The position numbers and the translations under genes are program-made. Under the pieces are notes generated by a model. It ran no database searches and was not told the origin of the DNA. It worked only from the letters and a program-made list of their open reading frames with translations. Of a stretch of DNA of 64,000 bases, positions 44,792 to 58,200 are shown piece after piece; position 1 is the stretch's first letter; every line of letters begins with the position of its first letter. The stretch comes from Paragordius varius (lineage: Eukaryota > Animalia > Nematomorpha). The DNA is taken from assembly GCA_964247055.1 (NCBI GenBank), contig OZ176058.1, positions 558,001-622,000 of the forward strand. The letters are read 5' to 3'.

Positions 44792-45886
44792 TATAATACA
44801 GTGATGTATCCTTATTTTAAATTTTTTTCGTTAATGTGGGTATAAATATTTGGTAAAGAATGGAAAAAACAAGAGCTCTATGGTAATTTAACTTTTTTGA
44901 TGAATATAATATTGTTAATACCATAGGCTCATGTTTTTCAATTCTTTAACCAATATTTATACCCATTTAACGAAAAAAAATAAATTTTTAATAAAATAAA
45001 GAATACATGACTGTAAATTATGACTGCAAACTATGTCATATAATATGCATAATAAGAAACTATTTTATTAATAATAATAAAAACAGATAAATAGCTGTAA
45101 GCACTAAAAAAATATTACCCAAAATATACATAAAAATATTAACAATCGTATATTTTATTTGAATGATATTTGAAGAATAACCCATATACATATATATATA
45201 TATTGATTGTTGTCACGTATAAAAATTAGAAAACTCATATTTTTATAATTTTAATAAATGTGAATAAAAAAATAAAATTATTATATTTAAATATTATATA
45301 TAAAAAAATTAAAAATAGAAATATTATATAAATTTTATTAAAATATATTTAAATTAAAAATTATTAAAATTGAAATTTTAAATATTTTTTATAAAATAAT
45401 GATCATATAAATTTCAAAATTATAAGATAATTTTATTTAAAAACAAAAAAATAAAAAAAAATAAAAAATAGGAAAAAAATAGCTTTAGGGTTTAATTAAC
45501 CCTTATTTCAACGTGACACACACTATATTATTTATTGTGCGCTGATATAGTCAAATTAATGAGTTAATCAAATTTTATCTATCAAAAGTAACTTAAATTT
45601 TTCATATATATAAATTGTTATATCAAAATTATATAAATTTTATCATTTTTTTTAAAATAATATCCCCATAATATTAAAAAATAAAAAATTTACAATTCGA
45701 CTTTTTATAGTGTTTTATAGATTGAGTTAGTTTATTCAAAAATATCCATATATTACCTCAAAAATATTATATTATTTCATTCTATTCATTCTTAAAAATC
45801 CATATAAACTTATATATTTCATCAATTAATTCACTTATTTTACTAAAAAAAACCGTAAATCTTACGAGAAAAAGCAATCAAAAGCC

Positions 45887-46621
45887 ATGTTTTTTACTAC
45901 TATATGGTCAGATATATGTCAGTATATGTCCTACCTAGAAGAAAACGGGTTAGCTATCGGTTGCTATGGTAATTCCTCACCACCAGAAAATAAAAAAATG
46001 GTCAAAAATCAGAGTTCGATTTTGGCAAACGTAGTTTATCGTATAATTCTCGCCATATATTCTTATTATGTATGTATAGCAAAAACTATTGGCCTACCAA
46101 CTTTCAAACGTAAAAATGCACCTCAAGAAACTGAAATTCAACCGAAAAAAGAACATTCTAAAACATCAACAGCTTTGGAAAACGCAAAGGTCCCTGAACA
46201 TAAAAAACCGCTGGTTGTTAACAAAAAGAGTGGAAAAACTGTAGAAATAACCCACGAAACAGAACCGAAGCAAGAAAATTTTGACCAATATGTTGAACGG
46301 ATAGATGAATGTTCGGAAGATATATTACAGTACCTTTATTCAGACAACATCGGATTAGATCAATCATCACTTATTAATAATTCCACTTTAAGGCTACGCC
46401 AAAAAAAAAGTATGTTGTCAGGAAAACGTAGTAAAATACTGTCAGAACTTGAAACGGGTCGTCAACAACTTAGGACTCGTTTTCGAGTCGATAGTTTTTA
46501 TCAGATACTCAAAATGGCCATATATATCGTTATAACTGTAGCGATTTACGCGGCACTCTATCGACGGGTAAAACCTGTACGAGATTTTACGGCTTACGGT
46601 GGACGGAAACTACTTATGTTG
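45887..46621 (+). CDS. Gene 3 exon 1 (N-terminus and TM helix)
   Basis: ORF 45887-46636; donor TTG|GTGAGT; hydrophobic ILKMAIYIVITVAIYAALY. Confidence 0.85.
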
Positions 46622-49600
46622 GTGAGTTTTTTTTAGATTTAAAATTATTTTTTGATAACTGAATTATTATTGGTCATAACGTAAAAACCAAAATACATTT
46701 TTTTGTAGGAACCAACATATTTTCAATCAAAAATGAATATCTCTGGCTGTGATGAAGGGTTTCCCATAAAAATAACTTAGCGGGCCCGTTTATATATATA
46801 TATATATATATATATATGAGCTTAGGTTTTGAAAATAAGATATGTTAAAATGCAAATCTAACAATTTTTTCTAGTTTGTTGTCAATTATATGGGACCTAT
46901 TTAGAAATATATGTTAAGGAAATATTAGTATTTTGTAAAATTTTATAAGCATACTTTGGCAAATAAATGATTTTAAAATGAAAATAATGCTTCAGAGAAT
47001 GGCATAAAGCCCGCAGTCGCTTTATTAGATACCCCTGGGCATAGATATTACTTGATATATAATAATTTATCTCTTTTATATTTCTGGTTTCGTAAAATAT
47101 TAGATTATATTTAATGCGCAACAATTTCACATATATTTTTGTTTTTGTTAACTTAATGGTTTCTTTGGGTTGTCCAACTGTTTTATTAAATCAACATTTA
47201 TCAGTTTCCTTGTAATTTTTCGATATATTATTTAACTTTTTTTAAATTTTTACATTAATTTAATTAATGGGTATATCTCAATATACCATGTTCAAATTCA
47301 CCCTCGAACAAATAAAATTCACCCTTGTACAATTCATCACCATCAAACAATTTTAAATCACCCTAAAAGAAATTATATATTTTTTAAGATTAAAAATTAC
47401 CTATATTTTTTAATATTTTCAAAAAAAATTTTGTTTAAAATTAATATAATACTGAAAAAATAACAAAAAATGAAAGTCAAAAAGATATATTTAATATTAA
47501 AAATAAATTATTTAAGCTCGAAAACACATAATTTATTTTTCAAATGAATTTGAATTGTAAATGGTATATTTTTGCGATTTGATGTCCTGACAAGCCAAAT
47601 ATATAAGGACAAAATTTAAAAAACTAAAAGACAAAAAAATATTTTTTTAGCTATAACCAGCCATACCTTTACTTATTTTTAATATAACCTATCGTTTTGT
47701 GTTGCATGATAAATATAGATTGAAAATGCATATTAGTAACATTCTCAATCATACATTTTACAATTGTTATTATTTAAGTTGAATAAATTAAGATTTAAAA
47801 ATTATGGCTGTTAGTTAGTTTTTAGACAAAACACATCATCTTTATACGTTAATTTACAGTAAAAATTGAAATTAAACGGACACGTATAAATTTAAACACA
47901 AATTTTTTTCAAAAGACAACCATACTTTTTCAAAACTTAATTTATCCTATTAAAAGCATTTAATAACAATCCTAAAATATGTCATTGATTCTGTTACCTA
48001 TACATCATTATTTTTGACTTTGGAGTTTAAAAGTTTTATTTTAAAAAATTAGGATTTAAAAACTATGGTTGTCTTTTGGAAGTAAATATTTGTCACTATA
48101 TTTTTACGTTTTGTCCGTAGTATAATTTCAGTTTTTACTGTATTATAGAAAATTTAAAAACCAAAATATACATAAATTATCAAAATCGCTATTTAATTTT
48201 CCATGTTACCCATATAAAATATATAATTCGAATATTAAATACATGAAGTTTTATATTTATAAATACAAATATGTATTTCTAACCCAAAATAAAGAATCAA
48301 AAAGTGGAAAGTCGCATATTAATATTATAATTAATAATTTATTTTGATTAAAAATGCGAACGAATTTATATAAAAATTTAAAAATAATTTTATTCGGATG
48401 TTTAAAAATAGATCAATTTTAAAATGTATGGTTCCCTTTTCAAAAAATATATATATCCTTTTTTTACATTTTGCCTGTAATATTTCAATTTTTATTGTAA
48501 TATACATCTTGTAAAATAATTTAATTTTATTTAATAATTTCAGTTATTACTGTAAAAAAATCATATATTTTTAGACTTTGCCTATATATGATTGGACTTA
48601 TTTATACGATAATAATTGCATAATCGAAAATCCTTTATATGAACCCCCGAAGCCTTCTGAAGAAAATTGTCAAGTATTTTTTTAAATTTTTTTTTTACAA
48701 ATTAATTTTTTTGTAAATATTTATATTTTTTAAATTTTTATAAAAAAGTTAATTTTTTTTTAATCTATATTTTTTAGAAAATATATAGTAATTCTTTTGA
48801 TAAAATATTACTCCTGTTTATTAGTAAAATAAATATGCTAACCTTTAATAAAATCTCTCATATTTAAACTCCATTAAGAATAATGTTATAAGAATTAAAT
48901 ATATTTTAAAATAAATTTTTAATAATTGATGCTTTTAAAAAATAAAATATTATGATTTTTAATTTTTTCCTAATATTATTTTTAAAAATATTATTTCCTA
49001 GATATTTAATTAATTTTTCAAATTATGCCAAAAATATATATAAATTATAAATATTTTTAGGTTTTATAAAAATATTTACAGTAAAAATTGAAATTATTCA
49101 TGAGGACAAAGCGGTAAAAATATAAAGACAAATATTTTTCAAATCTTATATCCTTAAAAGTATTTATAAATATTTCAAATAAAATATTGATTGTGTTAGT
49201 AATATATATTTCTATTTCAAACTTTGCCATTTAAAACATTGAGTTATATTGAAATAATTTAAAATTTAAAAAAGTATGGGTTTATTGCCTTTAAGAAATA
49301 AATATTGTCTTTATATTTTTACCGTTTTGTCTGTATTATTTCAATTTTTACTGTATTTGTGAAAATTTTTTCTTAATATACTTTATTTTTAAATTTTATA
49401 AATTTAATTTTTTAAATATGTTAACATTATTTGAGCAGTTTCAAAATATTTTTTTCTCAAATAATTTAATAAATATTTCAAAGTTTTACTAAATATATAT
49501 GTGGATATAAATTATAATAATTATTTAAATTATGTTTTTATAAATATTTTTTTAATTTTTTTTTGTTTTTTTTTGTTTTTTTCAGTTCTGCCTTGAATTA

Positions 49601-52600
49601 GAAAAAATAGATTTGTTAACTTAAAGGAAAGTTTTTATAAATATAACTCTATTAAAATATAATTTTAAAAATTATGTATATTTTAATTATTTTTAAATAT
49701 TTTTTTATACCTAAAATTTTTTATTAATATATATATATATATATATAATATATATTTCTCAAATAATTTAATAGATTTTTTAACTTATATAAATATTTAT
49801 AATTATTTTAATAATTATTAATTAATTATTAAATATTTTTAAAAAATATTTTTTTATTTTTATTATAATTTTTTTTTCCTGCCTTGAATTAAAAAAAAAT
49901 AGATTTATTAACTTTCAATGAAAGTATGTTGTATTCAATCTAAAAAAAACTACATTTTCATAATTCATCAAAAAATTCTAAAATATTTTCTTGATTTAAA
50001 ATTTTACTAAAATATATATTTAGGAAAAAATATATATATAAAAAGGAATTTTTTAATTATTTTCTTAATAACCTAAATTTTTTATTAATAATATTTATAA
50101 AATATATTTTTTTTCCAAAATTTTTTTATTTTTTTGTTTTTCAATGTTAGTAACTGTAAAATTATGAAAAAAATATATTATTTTAAAATATATACATAAA
50201 TATAAAATATAATTATATTAAACTTATATATTTTTATAACTTTTTTTTATTTATTTTTATTTTTGTTTTACAGTCCTGCCTCTAATTAGAATAAATATGT
50301 TAACTAATGAAAGTTTTTTGAATTAAAACTTTAACAAATATGCTATATAATAGATTTTTTCTTAAAATATATTTTTTATAAAGTGATTTTTTTAGTTTTT
50401 CGAATATTTTTTTTATTTATCAATATATACATATATATATATATATTCGATATATTATTTCCAAATATAATATAATAGATTTTTCAAAATTTTGCTAAAA
50501 TATATATATATATATATATATATATTAATGTATATATATAAATAATTTTTTTATAATATTAAATATCTTTTATTTTTTTAATTATATAATTTTTAAATTT
50601 TTTTTAATTTTTATTTTTATTTTGAATTAAAAAAAATAGATTTATTAACTTTCAATGAAAGTTTTTATAAATATAAACTCTATTAAAAATATAATTTTAA
50701 AAATTGGTATATAATTTGTAAATATATTTTTAGTAACCAAAAAATTTTTCTTAATAATACTTAAAAAATATATTTTTTCTAAAATATTTTATTTTTTTAA
50801 TTTTATAAATATTTTAATTTTATAATTATTGAGGTATGAATAAAAATATATTATGTTAAACTTACATTTTTTATAATATTAAATATATTTTGAATAATTT
50901 AATAAAATTTTATATTTAAAAAAAATTTATTAATAAATATTTTTTATTTTTACAGTCCTGCCTTGAATTAGAAAAAATAGATTTGTTAACTTTCAATGAA
51001 AGTATTTATAATATAAAATCTTTTAAAAATATAATTTTTTAATTTTTTAATTATTAAAACTTATATATAATTAATAATTACTTATAAAATATATTTTTTT
51101 ACAAAATTTATTTTTTTTAATTTATAATATATTCTAAAATATATATATATAAATTACAATATATATCTTTTAATATAATCAATTTATTGTTAAATATATT
51201 TTAAATTATTTTTAAATAATTTAATAAAATTTTATATTTTTAATTATAAAATTTTTTAATTTTTTTTTTATAATTTTTTCTTTTTTTACAGTCCTGCCTA
51301 GAATTAGAAAAAATAGATTTGTTAACTTTCAATGAAAGTCCAATGCCACATAAAAAAATTTTACTTTAAATATATTTAATGAATTATAAATTAAATTTTT
51401 ATGTTTTTTGAATAATTTTATTAATTTTCTAATTTTTATTTAATTTTTTTTTAATTAAATATATATGATATATTATTTTCTCAAATAATTTAATAGATTT
51501 TTAGTTTTGCTCATATAATAAATTATTTAAAAATTATTTCGAATAATTTTATAAATATTTTGAATATTTAAAATTTTAATTTTTAATTTTTTTAAATTTT
51601 TTTTATTTTTTTTTATTTTTATTTTTACAGTCCTGTCTAGAATTAGAAAAAATAGATTTGTTAACTTTCAATGAAAGTATGTTGAATTAAAATTTTAATT
51701 CAAATAAATAAAATTATGTTTATTAAATATTTTTTTTATTTTTTTTTAATTTTTTGAATTTTTTTATTAAGATATATATATATGATTATTTTCTCAAATA
51801 ATTAAAATTTTGAATTCAAATGCCACATAAAAAAAATTTTGTTTTTAATATAATTTTTATGTTTTTTAAAATTTTTTTTATTAATATATATATGATATAT
51901 TATTTTCTCAAATAATTAATATGGTTTTACTAAGATATATATATATATATATATAAATTATAAATATTTTGAATATTTTTATTTTTTATTTTTTAATTTT
52001 TTTAAATTTTTTTAATTTTTTTTTATTTTTTTTTTACAGTCCTGTCTAGAATTAGAAAAAATAGATTTGTTAACTTTCAATGAAAGTATGTTAAATTCAA
52101 TCTTAAAAAATTATATTGAAAAATTTTTCCTTTAAATATATTTAACATATTTAAAATTTAATAAATATTTATATTTAAGAAAAAAAATATAAAATAATTT
52201 TTAAATATTTTCCTGTTATTTTAAATTATTATCAGATAATTACTTATAAATAAAATATTTTTGAAAAAATATTTTTTTCTCAAATAATTTAATAGATTTT
52301 TAGTTTTGCTCATATAAAAATATATTATTTAAAAATTATGCATTTTTATATATATTTTAAAAATTAATAATTTTTAAATTTAAATATTTTTAAATAAATG
52401 AATAATTTTATATTTTTTTTAATTTTTTTTTTATTTATTTTTACAGTCCTGCCTTGAATTAAAAAAAAAAGATTTGTTAACTTATGGAAAGTTTTTATAA
52501 ATATCTCAAAATATAATTTTAAAAATCATGTTAATTATTTTTATAAAAAATATATTTTTTTTTTCGAAAATTTATAATTTTTTTAATTTTTTTCATGATT

Positions 52601-53075
52601 TTATTAGTAATTTTAAAGTATGAATAATATTTACAATTTTTTTATAATTTTTATATTTAATTATTTAAAATGAATTTTATAATTTTTTTAATTTTTTTAA
52701 TTTTTTTTATTTTTTTTTATTTTAGTCCTGCCTAGAATTAAAAATAGATTTGTTAACTTTCAATGAAAGTATGTTAAATTTTAACTCCATTAAAATGCCA
52801 TATAAATAAATTTTAAATATATTTTATAAAAAGTGATTTTTTTAGTTTTTCGAATTATTTTTTTATATTTTTTATCAATATATATATATATGATATATTA
52901 TTTTCTCAAATAATTTAATAGATTTTCAGTTTTGCTCATATAAATATTTATCAATTATAAATATATGAAAATTTTCCAAAAAATTAACAAATTAATAATT
53001 TGCTTGATATATTATTTTAAATATATTTAAAAAAAAATTTTAAAAAAATATTTTAATAGATTTTCAAAGTTTTGC

Positions 53076-53106
<31 letters not shown>

Positions 53107-55195
53107 AATATAAACTATAATTTTTTAATTTTATTAATTTTTTAATTTTTTTAAATTTTTTTTTTATTTTAATATTTTTATTTTAAAGTCCTGCCTCGAA
53201 TTAGAAAAAATAGATTTGTTAACTTTCAATGAAAGTATTAATAAATATAAACTCTATTAAAATATTAATTATATTAATATTTTTCTTGATATAAAATTTT
53301 TTATTATATAGTTGCACAATATATTTTTTTACAAAATTTTTATTTTTTTTTATTTTTTTAATTATTTCATTATTAATATTTAAAAGTATGAATAAAATAT
53401 ATTATTTTGATTAAAATATATTTTGAAAAAATATATTTATAAAAAAAATATATTTTAAATAAAATTTTTTTAAATTTTTTAAAAATTTTTTATTTTTACA
53501 GTCCTGTCTAGAATTAGAAAAAATAGATTTGTTAACTAATGAAAATTTTTTGAATTTAATCTCAAAAATCTAATTTTTAAATATTTTTTGAAAAAAATAT
53601 TCTTGATATTTTAAAATTTTACTAAAATATATATTAAGGAAAATATATATATATATATATATATATAAAGGAATTTTTCAATTATTTTCTTAATATCCTA
53701 AATTTTTTAAATAATAATTACTTGAAAAATATATTTTCAAAAAAAAAATTTAAATTTTTTTTATTTTTTATTTTACATTATTTATTAGTAATTTTAAAAT
53801 TATGAATAATATATATATTATTTTAAATATATATATATAATTTAATTAATTTTTATATTTTAAAAAAAAATTATTAATATTTTTTATTTTTAATTTTTTT
53901 TTTACAGTCCTGCCTAGAATTAGAAAAAATAGATTTATTAACTTTCAATGAAAGTTTATATAAATCAAACTCCATTAAAATATTAATTTTCTATTTAAAA
54001 ATAAATTTTTTTAATTTATTATTAATATTTAAAAGTACGAATAAAATATATTATTTTTAACTTATATATTTTTTAATTTTTAATAATTTAAATTTTTTTT
54101 TGATAAACTAAAATTTTTTTTTATTTTTATTTTATAGTCCTGCCTAGAAAAAAAATAGATTTGTTAACTTTCAATGAAAGTATGTTGAATTCAATCTCAA
54201 AAAATTACATTTTCATAATTTATATTTTCTAAACATATTTTAAAAATTTACCAAAACTTATATTCAAACAAAAATATATATATTTAAAATAATTCCATAA
54301 AATTTTTTTGATAAGCTAAAATTTTTTATTAGGTAAATACTTATAAAACATATATATTTTTCAAAAAATTAGATTTTAATAAATCTTTTAATATTTTAAT
54401 TTTATAATTTTTCAAAGTTTTACTAAGATATATATATAAATTATAATATATATTTTTTAATATAATAATTTTATAAAATTTTATATTTTAAAAAAAAAAT
54501 TTAAATTTTTTTTTTATTTTTTTTACAGTCCTGCCTTGAATTAGAAAAAATAGATTTGATAACTTTCAATGAAAGTATGTTGAATTTAATCTCAAAAATT
54601 ACATTGAAAATTTTTCCTTTAAATATATTTTATTTATAAAGCGATTTTTTTAGTTTTTCGAATAATTTTTTTAGTTTTTTTATTAATATATCCATATGAT
54701 ATGTATATATATTTGATATATTATTTCCTAATATAATATAATATATTTTTCAAAATTTTGTTAAAATATATATATATATATATATATATTTATAATTTAT
54801 AAAAATAAAATAATTTGTATTTTTTAATATATTTGAATATACTTTTTAATAATTTTATTAAATATATTTTTTTATTTTAAAAAAAAATTTATTAATAAAT
54901 ATTTTAATTTATTTTACAGTCCTGCTTAGAATTAGAAAAAATAGATTTGTTAAATTACAATGAAAGTATGTTGAATTTAATCTCAAAAAATTACATTGAA
55001 ATTTTCCTTTAAATATATTTTATTTATAAAGTGTTTTTTTAGTTTTTCGAATAATTTTAATTTTTTTATCAATATATACATATGATATATATATATATAT
55101 ATATGTTTTTGATATATTATTTCCTAATATAATATAATAGATTTTTCAAAATTTTGCTAAAATATATATATATATATTTAGGTATATATATATAT

Positions 55196-55228
<33 letters not shown>

Positions 55229-58200
55229 TATATTAATAATTTTAAACTTATATATTCTGAATTATGTTTTTATAATTTTTTAATTTTAATTTTTTTTTAT
55301 TTTTTTTATTTTTTTTACAGTCCTGTCTCGAATTAGAAAAAATAGATTTGATAACATTCAATGAAAGTATGTTGAATTTAATCTCAAAAAATTACATTGA
55401 AACCGATACGCCATTTGTAATATCAGCTGATATCTCAGGTGATTGGCCGTGCATGAATGCTACAAATGCCCTCCACCTCAAAACATTGGCAGATTTGGGC
55501 AAGGTTTATTATGGTTTTTTTATAGAAATTAATTTTCAATTTATTTTTTTATAGAAATTTAATTTTTATTTAAATTTTATAGTTTTTATGATTTCCTAAA
55601 ATATCATTTAATTTTAATTTTTATTTCAATATTCATGATTTTTAAATTTATAATATTTTTGAAAAATTTTATTTTGTCAAATATTTTATGAATTTATTTT
55701 TAGATTTATTTGATTTATTTAAATTTTTCTAATTTTTAAATTAATTATATTTTATAATTTTTGAATATGATTTCTGTTGATTCATATCTCTCTAAGTTTA
55801 AGAATTATAAAACTGTTTTAGAAATCTAGGTTTTTTTAGACCTTCGCAATATAATGAATCTTTGATGCATTATAATTTTTATTTTTTTTGTAAAAGTTTT
55901 TTTGGTGTTTAAAAAATTAAATTTATATAGAATTTAATATTGAAAAAAGATATAAAAATATGGCTATGTATACCATTTACAATTCAAACTCACCCTCGAA
56001 CAAATCAAATTTACCCTTGAACATTTTCAAATTCACCCCAAAAATAAATTATGTTTTTAGGCTAATATAACTTATCATTCATATGAAATATATTTTTACT
56101 AATATTTTTTCAGCATTAAATTAATTTTGAACAAAATTTCCTATCCTAAATATACCATTTACAGTTCAAATTCACCCTTAAACAATTCAAATTCACCCTT
56201 GAACAATTCAAATTCACTCTTGAACTATTCAAAATCACCCTAGAAGAAATTATGTGTTTTTTAAGATTAAAAATTACCTATATTTTTTTATATTTTAAAA
56301 AAATAAATTACCTGTAAATTATATATAATAGTGAAAAAATAATAAACTATGCCATCAGAATATATTTTATATTAAGATGAGTTATATTAGCTGCCCGAAA
56401 ACACATAATTTATTTTTAGGGTGAATTTGAATTGTTCAAGGGTGAATTTGTATTGTTCAAGGGTGAATTTGAATTGTAAATGGTATATATTAAAAATAAA
56501 GGTATTTTTAATCTAAAAATAACACCTATTTTATTTTAGGGTGATTTTGAATTGTTCAATGATAGATTTGAATTCAAAGGTAAATCTAAACTGTAAATGG
56601 ATGGTATTATAATTTGCAGCAATAACATTTTTATCAAAAAAAAGAACGAAAACTTAACTATTTTTACCCCAAAAATCATATCAAAACTGTTTTTTTACAA
56701 ATTTCAAACAATGAATTCTTATATTTTAATAAATCCGTTTTAAAAAGTATTTCTTAGGGTTTCAGTTTCTGAATTCTTAAATATTTATTACATTTACCTT
56801 TATAAATATATTGTAAATGTAAAAATTTAAAGACAAATTTTTATTTTTCAAATAGATTATATTTTCTTAAACTGAATTTTTTAGATATAACTCACGATTT
56901 TAAATTGCAAAATATGAAATTAAAATGGAATATATAAAAATTATAAATTAAATGTCATATAAAAAAGGTATGGTTGTATTTTGATAAATAATATTTTAAA
57001 ATAAAATTAATATTCAGATTATTTACAATAATTTATATATTATTTTAAGACATTAACAGTTATATATATGATATTTATTCCTGAAAAATTAAATTAATTG
57101 AAAATCTATTTTAATATCTTAAAAAACAAAAAAAAAATTTTTTTTAAAAAGAAATATTTTTTGTTTTTTAGGATATTAATAAAAAATAATTTAATTAATA
57201 AAAATTTTCTTTATTTTTTTGAATTTTTTCTAATTAATTCGAATAAATAATATTTTAATAAAATAAATAAAAATTAATATATTTATTATCAAAAATATTT
57301 TATTTTATTAAATTATTTTTAAAATTTCTTTTTTAGTTTTTGATCAATAACCCTGAAATAGGCAGAAATAATATAAATTTTATTAATCTTATATATTTAT
57401 GGTTTTAGTAAATAAATACTTTAATTTTTATTCAGTTTTGGACTTATATAATTTTTAAATACAAAATATAAATATAAAAATTTTTCTATTATTTTAATGA
57501 TTTTATTTAGAAATAATATTACTTTTTTATGGCAGATATGTTATTATAATCTAATATTGTTTAAAATCAATGTTTTATAATAATTTTTCCTGATTTTAAT
57601 ATTTTTAGTATATTATTTGCAAAAATATTTTTACTAAAAAATAATTAAACATTATTTAATATTTTACTAAAAATTCGAAATATTGAATAAAATTATTAAT
57701 TAACATTTCTCATAAAATTTAATTTGCGATCATAAAAAATCATTTTAATTAAATAAAATCTAATAATAATTAATATATTTTTTTTAGAGATAATTACAAA
57801 TTATATTAACCTTATATTTTTATGGTTTTATTAAATAGTTTTTTAATTTAATTATATTTTATTTATTATATTATTTTTGGGTAAATATATCATATATATA
57901 TATGTAAATATATCATATATATATATGTATATATATATTACAAAAATATTTAAAATAATTCTATTTATAAAATTTTTTCAAAATCTATATTTTTTGATTT
58001 TTGATCAGTTACCCTAAAATAGATAAGGGGAAAAATTATTTAGAATTATATAAATTTTTTCAAAAAAAATTTTTAAATAACAAAATTGAGAAAAAATATT
58101 TTGTGGTTTTCCAAGATACAATTAATTAATAATTGAGTTTTTTTTTGATTTTTACAATATTTTATTGTAATTTTTTTACTTTTAATTAATTAAACTAATA

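Noticed and set aside
55154-55336. 60-aa ORF rich in YI repeats
   Set aside because: TA microsatellite and polypyrimidine tract preceding exon 3.
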